Part shown: piece after piece, positions 1-10,534 of the stretch
Numbering within the stretch: position 1 is the stretch's first letter
Layout of the letters: each line of letters opens with the position of its first letter
NCBI GenBank assembly: GCA_045533905.1
Contig: JAZSIR010000021.1
Location: 43,283 to 107,282 of the forward strand
Source of the DNA: Clostridia bacterium
GTDB lineage: Bacteria > Bacillota > Clostridia > UMGS1883 > UMGS1540
DNA: 64,000 bases
Reading direction: 5' to 3'
The notes under the pieces: model-generated
What the model was told of the DNA's origin: nothing
What the model saw: only the letters and a program-made list of their open reading frames with translations
Database searches by the model: none
Translations under genes and position numbers: made by a program

Positions 1-120
1 AGCATGCAGCACCGCTTCATACATCTGGCGGCGACTTGCCGTTTCCATATCGCTGCCGAAATGAATTTTCAAATATTCCGAAACTTTATCTTTAAATGTT
101 TCCGAAGAAATGTTTGTCAT
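1..120 (-). CDS. glgP: glycogen/maltodextrin phosphorylase, first 40 codons only (gene runs off the left edge)
   Basis: Hand translation of the minus strand from ATG at 118-120, with a GGAGG-type RBS just upstream: MTNISSETFKDKVSEYLKIHFGSDMETASRRQMYEAVLHA. It lies directly downstream of glgA, as in Firmicute glgBCDAP operons. Confidence 0.5.
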   Translation of the reverse strand, partial: MTNISSETFKDKVSEYLKIHFGSDMETASRRQMYEAVLHA

Positions 121-137
121 ATTTTTCTTCCTCCCCC

Positions 138-1559
138 TTACAGTAATTCCCTATACATCGAAATATATGCATCGGCAGCGCCTCGCCAGCTCACATCCCG
201 CGCCATGGCATTTTTGCGAAGCTTTGTAAAGTGCGGTTTGTTATGGTAAAGCGAAATGGCGCGGCGAACCGCATCCAGCATATCATACGCGTTGTAGCTC
301 TGGAAGGTGATACCGTTCCCTTCTCCCGTCTCGGGGTTATACGCTTCTACCGTATCGCGAAGGCCGCCCACGGTGTGCACAATCGGCACGGTGCCGTAGC
401 GCATCGCAATCATCTGCGAAAGGCCACACGGCTCGGATTTTGAAGGCATCAGGAAAAGATCTGCACCTGCATAAATCTTGGAGGCGAGTGCTTTGGAGAA
501 TTTCACAACGCCGCGCACCTTGTCGTGGCATCTTCCTTCCCACTCGCGCATCATCGTCTCATATTCCCAGCTTCCGGTGCCGAGCACGATAAGCTGCATC
601 GGAAGGGCGGAAAATTCGTCCATAATCTCATAGAAAAGGTCGAGCCCCTTCTGCTTTGTAAGGCGGGTGACCATACCGATAAGCGGCACATTTTCTTCCG
701 TGGAAAGCGCCATCTCTTTCTGGAGCGCGATTTTATTATGCCGCTTATTCTGAAGGGTTGCGGCAGAATAGCGCGTTTTGATTTCGGGGTCTGTACCGGG
801 GTCAAACACTTCTGTATCGAGCCCGTTTACAATGCCGCGGAGTTTATGGCGGCGCGCCCCTAAAATATGATGCAGACCGAAGGAATGCTCGGGCGCAAGG
901 ATTTCCTCCGCATAGCTTTGGCTTACGGTGGAAACGAGGTCCGCCGATTCAATGCCGCCCTTTAAGACATTGACGTCCCCATCATAAAGCATAACGGATT
1001 TCTGCGCTTCCGAAAGGCCGAAAAGCTCGCCTAAAATATACGGGTCAAACTTGCCCTGAAACTCGATATTATGAATAGAAAGCACCGTTTTGATATTCTG
1101 ATACTCTTCGCGGTGGCGGTAAAAAGCATTGAGATACACGGGGACCATCGCCGTATGCCAGTCATTGGCATGGATAATGTCGGGCATAAAGTCAATTATG
1201 GGAAGCACTTCCAAAACGGTTCTTGAGAAGAAGGCGAAAATCTCGCCGTCATCATACGCGCCGTACACACTGTCCCGCTTAAAGTATTGCTCATTATCGA
1301 TAAAATAATAGGTTACGCCGCCCTCTATGGCGCGGAAAATGCCGCAATAGCTTTTGCGCCAGCTGTTTTCGACGGTGATATTCGTTATATATTCCATCTT
1401 CTCGCGCATTTCGGGAGAGATGGCAGAATAGAGCGGCAAAATCACGCGGGCATCCACGCCCATACGGACAAGTTCTTTCGGAAGGCCGCCCATAACATCT
1501 CCAAGCCCGCCGACTTTAATAAACGGAGAAGCCTCTGCGGCTGCAAATAAAATCTTCAT
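138..1559 (-). CDS. glgA: glycogen synthase (ADP-glucose type)
   Basis: 473-aa ORF. N-terminal KVGGLGDV motif and full-length GT5 architecture, in a glg operon context. Confidence 0.95.
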   Translation of the reverse strand: MKILFAAAEASPFIKVGGLGDVMGGLPKELVRMGVDARVILPLYSAISPEMREKMEYITNITVENSWRKSYCGIFRAIEGGVTYYFIDNEQYFKRDSVYGAYDDGEIFAFFSRTVLEVLPIIDFMPDIIHANDWHTAMVPVYLNAFYRHREEYQNIKTVLSIHNIEFQGKFDPYILGELFGLSEAQKSVMLYDGDVNVLKGGIESADLVSTVSQSYAEEILAPEHSFGLHHILGARRHKLRGIVNGLDTEVFDPGTDPEIKTRYSAATLQNKRHNKIALQKEMALSTEENVPLIGMVTRLTKQKGLDLFYEIMDEFSALPMQLIVLGTGSWEYETMMREWEGRCHDKVRGVVKFSKALASKIYAGADLFLMPSKSEPCGLSQMIAMRYGTVPIVHTVGGLRDTVEAYNPETGEGNGITFQSYNAYDMLDAVRRAISLYHNKPHFTKLRKNAMARDVSWRGAADAYISMYRELL

Positions 1560-1647
1560 TTCTGACCCCTCATTTACGAAATAGCCATTGGATATTCCAA
1601 TGGCTATTTCAGTATATCACATATTTTGCTTTTTGCCAAGACCTAGT

Positions 1648-2757
1648 TTACACCGTTTTCCCCTTTTTTATAATAAACGGGCAACTTTCCGTACCGAAAA
1701 GACGGCGACCGGCACCGACGACAACATCCTTGTCCGTAATCACGCTCTCAAGCTCGGTCCCTTCTTCAATCACAGTACCCTGCATAATGATGGAATTTCG
1801 GATACGCGCGCCCTTTTTAATGACCACATCGCGGAAGATGATGCAGTTTTCCACCGTGCCGTCGATAACGGAGCCGTCCGCAACGAGTGAATCGCAGATT
1901 TTGGCTTCCTCGCCGTACATCGTGGGCACAGAGTCCTTAATCCGTGTTAAAATCTGGTTCTTGCCGTGGAAAAGCTCGAGGCGCACATCTTTTTTGAGAA
2001 GCTCCATATTCGTTTTGTAGAAGGTTTCCACGCTGTCAATCACCGAGATGTAGCCGTCTACACGGTAGCCGTAAATGCGATATTCCGAAAAGCCGTGCGC
2101 GATGACATCCTTCTTGAAGGAATACCACCCGTAGGTGATACCCTTTTCGATAAGCGAAATGAGAAGCTCCTTCTTCAGAATCATAAGCTCCAGCTGGGTG
2201 TTCTTCTCCTCCTCGTGCGGATACTGGTGAAACATCGTATCCACCACGCGGCCGTCTCCGTCCAGCATAATCTCAAGATTTCGCGTTTTGGTGTTCCGGC
2301 ACGCATACGCCACGGTAATATCGGCATTTTTCTCTTTATGATATTCCATAAACTTTTTAAGGTCTATGTTCATAACGATGTTAGAGTCGCACAGAATGCA
2401 ATATTCAGGCAGTGCGCTTTTAATAAAATCCATCACGCTGTTTAAGGCTTCGATTTTATTGCCGAAAAAGGCCGTGTCCGCATCGTGGAGGAACGGCGTC
2501 AGGAATTTGATGCCGCCGTTTTTGCGGTTTAAGTCCCAGTCCTTGCCCCAGCCGACGTGGTCCATAAGAGAGCCGTACTTATTTCGCGTGACAAGCCCTA
2601 TCGTATGCACATTGGCCCCTACGAGTGAGGAAAGCGCAAAGTCCACAATTCTGTACCGTGCACCAAACGGAATGGAAGCGAGCGTGCGGCCATCCGCAAG
2701 CTCTGAAAGGTCCAGCTTTTCATAGCTGTCTGCAAAAAGTATACAAAATGCGTTCAT
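1648..2757 (-). CDS. glgD: glucose-1-phosphate adenylyltransferase regulatory subunit GlgD
   Basis: 369-aa GlgC paralog lacking the GGxGxRL loop (IPFGARYRIVDFALSS). It lies between glgC and glgA, as is typical for Firmicutes. Confidence 0.88.
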   Translation of the reverse strand: MNAFCILFADSYEKLDLSELADGRTLASIPFGARYRIVDFALSSLVGANVHTIGLVTRNKYGSLMDHVGWGKDWDLNRKNGGIKFLTPFLHDADTAFFGNKIEALNSVMDFIKSALPEYCILCDSNIVMNIDLKKFMEYHKEKNADITVAYACRNTKTRNLEIMLDGDGRVVDTMFHQYPHEEEKNTQLELMILKKELLISLIEKGITYGWYSFKKDVIAHGFSEYRIYGYRVDGYISVIDSVETFYKTNMELLKKDVRLELFHGKNQILTRIKDSVPTMYGEEAKICDSLVADGSVIDGTVENCIIFRDVVIKKGARIRNSIIMQGTVIEEGTELESVITDKDVVVGAGRRLFGTESCPFIIKKGKTV

Positions 2758-2768
2758 TTCGCTCCCCC

Positions 2769-3980
2769 CTATTCTCTTCCATAGCCGGGCTCAATCATTT
2801 CTCCCGCGCGCACAATCTGTCCCTTTTTTACCACGGCGCCCTGCCCCACAACGGCAATGCCCCATTTTTCCCCTTCCGAAAGGCTTTCGGGCGCGGCACC
2901 GACCACGGCGCCTTCTTCAATCACGGCATCGTCCGCTACAATAGCGTAGCGCACCTTCGCGCCTTCCGCGATGCGCGTATTGCGCATCGCAACGGAGTAT
3001 TCCACCTCAGCACCCGCCTCCACCGAAACATTCGAAAACAAAATAGAGTAATTCAGTTTCCCGTTTACGAAGCAATCCTCCGTAACCATAGAATTGATAA
3101 TTTCCGCATTACTGCTTATGTAATGCGGCGTGGTTACATCGTGGCGGCAGTAAATGCGCCACAGGGGATCCCAGATATTAATGGCGATGCTCGGATTCAG
3201 AAGGTCCATATTGGCTTCCCAGAGATTTTCGATGGTTCCTACGTCCTTCCAGTACCCGTCAAAGGGATAGGCAAACATCCGCTCGCCCGCTTCGAGCATG
3301 GCGGGGATGACGTTTTTGCCGAAGTCATTGGCACTCGCCTCGCCCTTCTCTTCATCTTCAATCAGATACTGGCGAAGCTTTTTCCAGTTAAATATGTAAA
3401 TCCCCATCGAAGCCTTTGTGGATTTCGGTTCTTTCGGCTTTTCCTCAAATTCGAAGATAGAAAGGTCCTCGCGCGTGTTCATAATGCCGTAGCTCGAGGC
3501 CTCGTCAATCGGCACATCCATAACGGCAATCGTCGCATCCGCATTTTTCTCCTTGTGGAAGCGGAGCATCCTGGCATAGTCCATTTTATAGACGTGGTCG
3601 CCGGATAGCACGAGAACATACTCGGGATCATACTGCTCAATGAAGTTCATATTCTGGTACACAGCGTTTGCCGTGCCCTTATACCACGAGGCAGAGGAGC
3701 CCGTGTAGGGCGGCAGAATATATACACCGCCGTGCATTCTGTCTAAATCCCACGGCTGTCCGTTTCCGATATAGGAATTGAGCTCCAGAGGTCTGTACTG
3801 CGTTAAAACACCGACGGTGTCAATCCCCGAATTGGTGCAGTTCGACAGCGTAAAATCAATAATTCTGTACTTGCCGCCAAACGGGACCGCAGGCTTTGCG
3901 CGCTGATTCGTAAGTACATATAAGCGATTTCCCTGCCCGCCCGCAAGGAGCATGGCAATCATTTCTTTTTTCTTCGCCAC
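2769..3980 (-). CDS. glgC: glucose-1-phosphate adenylyltransferase
   Basis: 403 aa. Motifs [10 protein letters not shown] and [11 protein letters not shown], with a C-terminal left-handed beta-helix region. Confidence 0.95.
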   Translation of the reverse strand: MAKKKEMIAMLLAGGQGNRLYVLTNQRAKPAVPFGGKYRIIDFTLSNCTNSGIDTVGVLTQYRPLELNSYIGNGQPWDLDRMHGGVYILPPYTGSSASWYKGTANAVYQNMNFIEQYDPEYVLVLSGDHVYKMDYARMLRFHKEKNADATIAVMDVPIDEASSYGIMNTREDLSIFEFEEKPKEPKSTKASMGIYIFNWKKLRQYLIEDEEKGEASANDFGKNVIPAMLEAGERMFAYPFDGYWKDVGTIENLWEANMDLLNPSIAINIWDPLWRIYCRHDVTTPHYISSNAEIINSMVTEDCFVNGKLNYSILFSNVSVEAGAEVEYSVAMRNTRIAEGAKVRYAIVADDAVIEEGAVVGAAPESLSEGEKWGIAVVGQGAVVKKGQIVRAGEMIEPGYGRE

Positions 3981-4003
3981 CTTGGGTTTCCCTCCAAACT
4001 ATT

Positions 4004-5896
4004 TTACTTTTCGCCCTTCTTTGCTGCTTTTTTATAAAAATACATCGTGGAAAATGCGGGAAGCGAGAGCGCCACTGTATACGGCCGCCCGTGCATTTCT
4101 CCCTTTTCCGCGCGCACCTTTCCGTTTATAAGGCCGCTGCCGCCGTATTCTGCGGCATCTGTGGAAAACACTTCCTCATATACGCCGCGGCGTGGCACAC
4201 CGATTTTATAGTTCTCCTGCACTTTGCCGGAGAAGTTGCTGACCGCGAGCAGGAGATTGCCCTTCTTATCCTTCCGGAAGAACGAAATGATGTTATTCGA
4301 ATCATCGTCAAGCGCCGCCCAGTCGAATCCCTCCCACGAGGTGTCCTCCTCCCATAACGGCGCATACTTCTGATAGGTGCGGTTCATAGCCGCCACAAAT
4401 TTCTTATGCTTTTCGTGCGCTTCGAACGAAAGAAGGTTCCAGTCGAGCTCCCGTTCCTCGTTCCACTCGATAAACTGCCCGATCTCCGTGCCCATAAAGA
4501 GAAGCTTTTTGCCGGGATGCGCAAACATATAGCCGAGATAGGCGCGCACATTTGCGAATTTATCCTCGTATCCGCCCGGCATTTTCGATAAAATCGAAGC
4601 TTTGCCGTGCACCACCTCATCGTGTGAGAGGGGCAGAATAAAGTTTTCGGAAAAGGCATATGTTAAAGAAAATGTCAGGTTATTATGGACGCCGCGCCGA
4701 AAAAACGGGTCGCTTTGCATATAGCGGAGGGAATCGTTCATCCATCCCATATTCCACTTGTAGTTAAAGCCAAGCCCGCCCTCACTTACGGGGTGAGTGA
4801 TAAGAGGCCACGCCGTCGATTCCTCCGCAATCATCATAATGCCGGGGAACTCTGCGAACACGCGGGTATTGAGCGCCTGCAAAAAGCTTTTGGCTTCGAG
4901 ATTGCCGTTGCCGCCGTATTCGTTCGGGCGCCACTCGCCATCCTTCTTGCCGTAATCGAGGTAAAGCATCGAGGCGACCGCGTCCACACGGAGGCCGTCC
5001 ACGTGGTATTTGTCAAACCAGAAGGCGGCATTCGAAATTAAAAAGCAGCGGACCTCGTTTCTGCCATAATCAAAAATGCGCGTGCCCCAGTCGGGATGTT
5101 CTCTTTTCAAGGGGTCCGCATATTCATAAAGGCAGGTGCCGTCAAATTCATAAAGGCCGTGCGCATCCTTCGGGAAGTGGGCGGGCACCCAGTCGAGAAT
5201 AACGCCGATGCCGTTTTGGTGGCACAAATCCACAAAATGCATAAAATCCTTCGGGGTGCCGTATCGTGCGGTGGGGGCGTAGTACCCCGTCACCTGATAG
5301 CCCCAGGATTTATCGTAGGGATATTCGGAAACGGGCATCACCTCGATATGTGTAAAGCCCATTTCTTTTACATACGGAATCAGCTCCTCTGCAAGCTTTT
5401 CATAACTGAAGGCGTTGCCGTCGGCATACTTTCGCCACGAGCCGAGGTGCATTTCATATATACTGACAGGCGCGTGGTACGGCGCCTTCCGCGCTTCCAT
5501 CCACTTCTTGTCCTGCCATCTGTAGCCGGCAAGCGTATAGACCTTAGAGGCCGTGCCCGGCTTTTCCTCCGCGTGGAAGGCATAGGGGTCGGCCTTCAGA
5601 AATTCGCGGCCGTCGGCTAAAACAATTCTGTATTTATAACTGTCAAATTCCTTTACGCCTTCGACAACACACTCGAAAACGCCGCCGCCTGTGATGCGCC
5701 ACGCGCGGTTTCTGTAAGAATCCCAATCATTAAAAGAGCCGACAACATACACCTCTGCCGCGTTTGGACACCAGACGCGGAAGGTACACGTGTCGCCCTC
5801 CATATGCGCACCGAGATACGAATAGGCGGTATAATTCGTTCCTTCATGGAATAAATATTCCGCTAAAGCCGTCTCTTCTCTCCCTTTGCTCTCCAT
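4004..5896 (-). CDS. glgB: 1,4-alpha-glucan branching enzyme (GH13)
   Basis: 630 aa. GH13 motifs DWVPAHF, GLRVDAVASM, EESTAWP and LSHDEVVHGK. Confidence 0.95.
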   Translation of the reverse strand: MESKGREETALAEYLFHEGTNYTAYSYLGAHMEGDTCTFRVWCPNAAEVYVVGSFNDWDSYRNRAWRITGGGVFECVVEGVKEFDSYKYRIVLADGREFLKADPYAFHAEEKPGTASKVYTLAGYRWQDKKWMEARKAPYHAPVSIYEMHLGSWRKYADGNAFSYEKLAEELIPYVKEMGFTHIEVMPVSEYPYDKSWGYQVTGYYAPTARYGTPKDFMHFVDLCHQNGIGVILDWVPAHFPKDAHGLYEFDGTCLYEYADPLKREHPDWGTRIFDYGRNEVRCFLISNAAFWFDKYHVDGLRVDAVASMLYLDYGKKDGEWRPNEYGGNGNLEAKSFLQALNTRVFAEFPGIMMIAEESTAWPLITHPVSEGGLGFNYKWNMGWMNDSLRYMQSDPFFRRGVHNNLTFSLTYAFSENFILPLSHDEVVHGKASILSKMPGGYEDKFANVRAYLGYMFAHPGKKLLFMGTEIGQFIEWNEERELDWNLLSFEAHEKHKKFVAAMNRTYQKYAPLWEEDTSWEGFDWAALDDDSNNIISFFRKDKKGNLLLAVSNFSGKVQENYKIGVPRRGVYEEVFSTDAAEYGGSGLINGKVRAEKGEMHGRPYTVALSLPAFSTMYFYKKAAKKGEK

Positions 5897-6040
5897 TTTG
5901 TCACCTGCCTATATATGTCTTTGTATATATTGTATCATATCCGCTTATGTTTGTACAGAACTTTTATAAAAAGTTACCATTTTTGTGCAAATTTTATAGA
6001 CTTCCCGCGTGTTTTTCGTGCTTTTTATGCCCCGGATGTA

Positions 6041-6069
6041 TTGACAAACCGACGTGGGGAGAGTATTCT
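6041..6069 (+). promoter_or_regulatory. candidate sigma-A promoter for the GH13 gene (TTGACA-17-TATTCT)
   Basis: TTGACA at 6041-6046, a 17-nt spacer, TATTCT at 6064-6069. GGAGGG RBS before ATG 6105. Confidence 0.4.
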
Positions 6070-6104
6070 AAATACAAGCCTTACTGTCGGAGGGCACATT
6101 TTAT

Positions 6105-7946
6105 ATGCTGCAAGTTTTTTATGATTCGAAAAACGAAATATGCAAAAAACCGTTCGGCGCCGTGAAAACGGACGAAGCTGTCCGGTTTTCTTTGTATGTC
6201 TCGGGGGACGATTTGCCAAAAGGCGCTGCCTTCATCTATCGGGCGGACGCGTCACCGGATTCCATATATATCCCCATGACGCGCACGGAAGAACGGGAAG
6301 GTGGCGCCGTTTTTACGGCCGAGGTCTCTTTTCCCTGTGCGGATTTATATTTTTACCGCTTTGAACTGCAACGGCGCGAGGATGTTTTCTTTGTGGGCCT
6401 TTCGGGCGGCGTGGCCGCCATCGGCGACTGGCTCGGCGAGTGGCAGCTCACGGTGTACGATGCCGGTTTCCGGACGCCGCATTGGGCACGCGGCGGCATT
6501 CTATATCAAATTTTCCCCGACCGGTTCCGGAAAAGCGACGATTTTTCGCCGCTCCCTTCCAAAAACGAGCGAAAAATGCACGACGACTGGTATGATATAC
6601 CCGAATTTATCTATGACACGCCCGACTATCGCGCGAACGATTATTTCGGCGGCAACATTTTGGGTATTATAGGAAAAATTCCGTATCTGCAGACGCTGGG
6701 CGTGACGGCCATATACCTAAACCCCGTTTTTGAAAGCCCGGAATATCACCGCTACAGTACGGGTGATTACAAAAATATTGACCCCTATTTCGGCACAAAC
6801 GAACAGTTTGAGGCGCTTTGCACCGCGTGCCGCAAGGCAGGAATCCGCGTAGTACTCGACGGCGTTTTCAGCCACACGGGCGCAGACAGCGTATATTTTA
6901 ATAAGTATGGGCATTACGAGAGCGTAGGTGCGGCAAATTCCAAAGACTCTCCTTATTATAACTGGTACTCCTTTATAAAATACCCCGAAACGTACGAAAG
7001 CTGGTGGGGTTTTGAAAATTTACCGAATGTCCGCGAAACACGCCCTGATTATATGGAATTTATTACAGGAGAAGGCGGCGTTCTCTCCTTCTGGCAGGAG
7101 AAAGGCGCCGGTGGCTGGCGGCTTGATGTGGCGGATGAGCTTCCCGATGCTTTCCTCGACAGTCTCTATGCCCGCGTGAAAAAAGAGGACCCCGAAGCGC
7201 TCGTTATCGGCGAAGTGTGGGAGGATGCGACGAATAAATTCGCCTATGGTATCCGCCGCCGCTATCTACTCGGCCGGCAGATGGACAGCGTGATGAACTA
7301 TCCGTGGCGCACCGCCATTTTGGAGTTTGTAAAGGACGGCGATGCCGCGCTTTTCGAAAGCCGTCTCCTTTCTATCCTCGAAAACTATCCCGAGCCTGCA
7401 CTGCACACGCTTATGAACTCCCTTTCGACGCATGACACCGTGCGCGCCATAACGTTTTTTGGCGTGGAGCACGACGTGCCCGACGAAGAGAAGGGCAACT
7501 ATAAAATGACAGAGGAAGAATATCAAAACGGACGCGAAAAGCTCATGCGCGCCGCGTTTTTACAGTTTACGCTTCCCGGTATTCCTTGCATCTATTACGG
7601 GGATGAGGTTGGGCTTTCCGGCTTCCGCGATCCGTATTGCCGCATGGCGTACCCGTGGGGGCGCGAGGACGCGGCACTCTTTACGTTCTTCAAAAGCCTT
7701 GCCGCAGTACGCTCGGCGCACAGGGAGGACTTTTCTTCTCCTTTTAAGCCATATGCAAGAGAAGACGGACTCTACGCCTTTCTTCGCGGCGGTCTCCTCT
7801 GCGCGATAAACGAAGGAAAAGAGGCGGCGCCGCTTCTTTTCCAAGACCGCGAGTGCATATTCTCCCACGGAAAAGTGGAATTTCAAGATGATGGCGCACG
7901 CCTTTCGCCGGGTGCTTTTGTGCTACTTAAAAAGACTGCAAACTGA
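6105..7946 (+). CDS. GH13 alpha-glycosidase (neopullulanase/cyclomaltodextrinase-like)
   Basis: 613 aa. Motifs YQIFPDRF, DGVFSHTG, GWRLDVADE, IGEVWED and LSTHDTVR. Confidence 0.85.
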   Translation: MLQVFYDSKNEICKKPFGAVKTDEAVRFSLYVSGDDLPKGAAFIYRADASPDSIYIPMTRTEEREGGAVFTAEVSFPCADLYFYRFELQRREDVFFVGLSGGVAAIGDWLGEWQLTVYDAGFRTPHWARGGILYQIFPDRFRKSDDFSPLPSKNERKMHDDWYDIPEFIYDTPDYRANDYFGGNILGIIGKIPYLQTLGVTAIYLNPVFESPEYHRYSTGDYKNIDPYFGTNEQFEALCTACRKAGIRVVLDGVFSHTGADSVYFNKYGHYESVGAANSKDSPYYNWYSFIKYPETYESWWGFENLPNVRETRPDYMEFITGEGGVLSFWQEKGAGGWRLDVADELPDAFLDSLYARVKKEDPEALVIGEVWEDATNKFAYGIRRRYLLGRQMDSVMNYPWRTAILEFVKDGDAALFESRLLSILENYPEPALHTLMNSLSTHDTVRAITFFGVEHDVPDEEKGNYKMTEEEYQNGREKLMRAAFLQFTLPGIPCIYYGDEVGLSGFRDPYCRMAYPWGREDAALFTFFKSLAAVRSAHREDFSSPFKPYAREDGLYAFLRGGLLCAINEGKEAAPLLFQDRECIFSHGKVEFQDDGARLSPGAFVLLKKTAN

Positions 7947-7960
7947 TGTTTGCAGTCTTT
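7931..7960. terminator. bidirectional stem-loop between the convergent GH13 and GH43 genes
   Basis: AAAGACTGCAAAC-TGAT-GTTTGCAGTCTTT, a perfect 13-bp stem with A/T runs on both sides. Confidence 0.6.
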
Positions 7961-7963
7961 TGT

Positions 7964-8899
7964 TTATATATGGTTTTCGTATCGTTCGGCCGTGATTTTC
8001 CCGTCTTCTATTATCAAACGGCAAATTCGGGCGGTTCGTTTCTCTTCGTATTCTTGGCCGTATTTAGCGCCGCCCGCAAGGTCACGCGGCTCTCTGCCGT
8101 GATAAAATGCATACCACTCGCCATTATGGAAAAGTACGCTATGGTGCCCCGTGCCTTCCTCAAATTCGTTTTTAATGATAACGGGGGCAAACTCCCCGTT
8201 TTCCGTATGCTTTGTAAATTCCACTTTCGTAAGGTCTGCCTCCGTAGTCTTGGCCGTGGCGTAGCCGATGTGGTACGTATCGTCCTGATAGCAGCCGCCG
8301 CTGTACATAAGGTACTGCCACTCCCCTTTTTGAAACCAGAATGCACCCTCAATCGTGTGCCACGGATTTTTCACGGGGTCATAGTCGGGCGTGAAAATTT
8401 CTTCGTCGAAATCTGCCGCAAGCTTTTCCACGGGCTTATGCTCGGGGGTGTAGGGGTCAAGAAGGCGGTCTACGAAAATACGCGTGCCGATTCTTTCGCC
8501 GTCCCATCTGTTTTCCGAGTGCCACAGGAAAAGACCGGCTTCGGTTTCTACTGCGTGCGAATCAATGGAAAACTCGGTATACAGCTGCTTTTCGTCCCTA
8601 AAAGGTCCAAGCGGTGCGTCGGATTTTGCCACGTGCATATATTCCTGAAATGTGCCTTCGTCATTGCAGGAAACGTAGATATAATACATGCCCTCATATC
8701 GGATAACGGACGGCGCCCAGTAATCGGTTTTTCCTTCGAATTTTGCCACAATGCCGCAGTATTCCCACTTGCCGAAAATATCGGCGGCTTCATACGCTTC
8801 GACGCCCTCCTCCCCCGTTACATAGAGATAAAAGACATCGCCATCTTTAAAAATAAACGGGTCCGGCTGTGTTCTTTCGTTTGTTATGCGAAGCTTCAT
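7964..8899 (-). CDS. GH43-family glycoside hydrolase (5-bladed propeller type)
   Basis: Start moved to ATG 8897-8899 with RBS GGAGGAG. N-terminus MKLRITNERTQPDPFIFKDGDVFYLYVT; also WAPSVIRYEGMYYIYVS. Confidence 0.7.
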   Translation of the reverse strand: MKLRITNERTQPDPFIFKDGDVFYLYVTGEEGVEAYEAADIFGKWEYCGIVAKFEGKTDYWAPSVIRYEGMYYIYVSCNDEGTFQEYMHVAKSDAPLGPFRDEKQLYTEFSIDSHAVETEAGLFLWHSENRWDGERIGTRIFVDRLLDPYTPEHKPVEKLAADFDEEIFTPDYDPVKNPWHTIEGAFWFQKGEWQYLMYSGGCYQDDTYHIGYATAKTTEADLTKVEFTKHTENGEFAPVIIKNEFEEGTGHHSVLFHNGEWYAFYHGREPRDLAGGAKYGQEYEEKRTARICRLIIEDGKITAERYENHI

Positions 8900-9082
8900 C
8901 TCTTCTCCTCCTTGGTATGTACTACCGAAAGTATAGCACACCCGAGAGCCTCTTGGCAAGAGATTTATTTGTCTATTTTAACATTTTTGTAGCACAATAT
9001 CGCTAAAATGAATATATCCTATATTTATTTTGGAGTGATTGTATGTCTTTGAAAAGTGTATCCATACGCATCGAAAAAGAAA

Positions 9083-9099
9083 TGCTCGAAAGGCGAGCA
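9083..9099. terminator. short stem-loop with flanking T/A runs just downstream of the 9104 gene stop
   Basis: TGCTCG-AAAGG-CGAGCA, followed by T runs in both orientations. The stem sequence resembles the hairpin at 22341-22373. Confidence 0.4.
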
Positions 9100-9103
9100 C
9101 TTT

Positions 9104-9157
9104 TTATTCTGTTTTCTCCGCTTCCGAGAATATATTCTCAATAATTCCCAAATCCCA
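9104..9157 (-). repeat. R0: possible degenerate fifth copy of the spoIVB tail, now forming the last ~14 codons of the 9104-10423 gene
   Basis: Hand alignment of 9110-9144 against R1 11290-11324 gives 29/35 identical positions, in frame. The encoded ...GIIENIFSEAEKTE* compares with the tail ...[16 protein letters not shown]. Confidence 0.3.
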
Positions 9158-10423
9158 ACAAAGTCTTGATAAAACATATTTATCTCTTATATCCTTTGTG
9201 GCTTTAAAGGTTATTGGCAAAAGTTCTTCATCGAGTCCTATTTCCGCCATTGTTTTCGGAAGACTGGCCTTGTCAAAAAGATTTTCGAGTTCCGAAAACG
9301 CAGGCAGCTCCTCCTCGATAATTTGCAAAATTGCATCCCACTTGGAAAGCAGTGTCCCAAGTCTTTTTCTGTGACTTTCCAAATTATATTTCTGTTCTTT
9401 CTCTTCGAGCGCAATCATCGCTTCTGCACCTTTGCCGAGAAATTTTCTCAATGTTTCACTCCACGCCGCAAAATCAAACGCTTCCGCATACGCCAAAGCT
9501 TTTTGCCTTTCAGGCGTACAGTTTTTTATTTTCTCATAAAGTTTAACGGCTATCAAAGTACCAACCGCACATTGAATGCCGTGAAATTCTACCGCCTCTC
9601 CGAATTCTACGCCACGCATATCCCAAATATGAGAAAAATAATGCTCAACGCCGGAAGCAGGACGGGACATTCCCGCAAATTTCATAGCAGCTCCGCATAT
9701 AACCAATCCCTCAAATACTGCCTTGACCGCATTTTCATCCCGCTGCAAAAGCCCCTCGGCATTATCAACACACTTCTTTAAAGAACTTCTTACAAGCTCT
9801 GCTACCTTCTCGCAATAATATTCGCCGTTTATAAGATGCGAGATGCGCCATTCACAAATGGAAACATACTTTGCAAGCATATCACCAAGTCCCGAAAGCA
9901 TCATTTTTATGGGGGCATTACACAAAATGTCCGTATCGCCAAAAATCACATCGGCACATTTACTGTCGAGAGAGGTTTTGAGGCCATCCATTGTCATAGA
10001 GGATGTTGCAGAGGCATACCCGTCCATAGAGGGCGCTGTTGCCACTATGATATAGAGCCTTCCGGTAACGTTTGCAACAATTTTGCCAATATCGTTGATT
10101 ACACCCGAGCCGACTGCCAAAATTAAATCACAATCTTTTTTGTAGTGCATAATGGCACTGCCGGTACTTGTTTCGTCCGGATGTAAAATTTCATCCCTGT
10201 AAATGTGGGAAAGTATCTTCGTTCCGGAAGAGGCAAGAATTTTACAAACCGCATCGCCTGCCGCGGTGAATGTGTTTTCATCCGCAATCAAAAACACTTT
10301 TTCCGCATGCAGTTTTTGTAACACCTGCGGCAATTGATGGATTACCCCTTTGCCGACTATCACTTCCGATTCGAATGTGTGTGCTTTTCCGCATGTACAC
10401 TGTTTTGTATGTATCAAATTCAT
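9104..10423 (-). CDS. iron-dependent alcohol dehydrogenase family, sn-glycerol-1-phosphate dehydrogenase (AraM)-like
   Basis: 439 aa. Motifs LILAVGSGVINDIGK, APSMDGYAS and GVEHYFSH. Divergent from a DeoR regulator. Confidence 0.65.
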   Translation of the reverse strand: MNLIHTKQCTCGKAHTFESEVIVGKGVIHQLPQVLQKLHAEKVFLIADENTFTAAGDAVCKILASSGTKILSHIYRDEILHPDETSTGSAIMHYKKDCDLILAVGSGVINDIGKIVANVTGRLYIIVATAPSMDGYASATSSMTMDGLKTSLDSKCADVIFGDTDILCNAPIKMMLSGLGDMLAKYVSICEWRISHLINGEYYCEKVAELVRSSLKKCVDNAEGLLQRDENAVKAVFEGLVICGAAMKFAGMSRPASGVEHYFSHIWDMRGVEFGEAVEFHGIQCAVGTLIAVKLYEKIKNCTPERQKALAYAEAFDFAAWSETLRKFLGKGAEAMIALEEKEQKYNLESHRKRLGTLLSKWDAILQIIEEELPAFSELENLFDKASLPKTMAEIGLDEELLPITFKATKDIRDKYVLSRLCWDLGIIENIFSEAEKTE

Positions 10424-10534
10424 ATCATCACCAATTTAATTTTACCAAATATAGAGAGAATAATCAATACTTGAATATTATCTTGACAAAACAATCATCA
10501 ATTGATTATAATAGTGATTAAATAATAGAAACGG

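Noticed and set aside
7946-8992. 348-aa plus-strand ORF
   Set aside because: It is antisense to the GH43 gene at 7964-8899, which has family-typical motifs and a good RBS.
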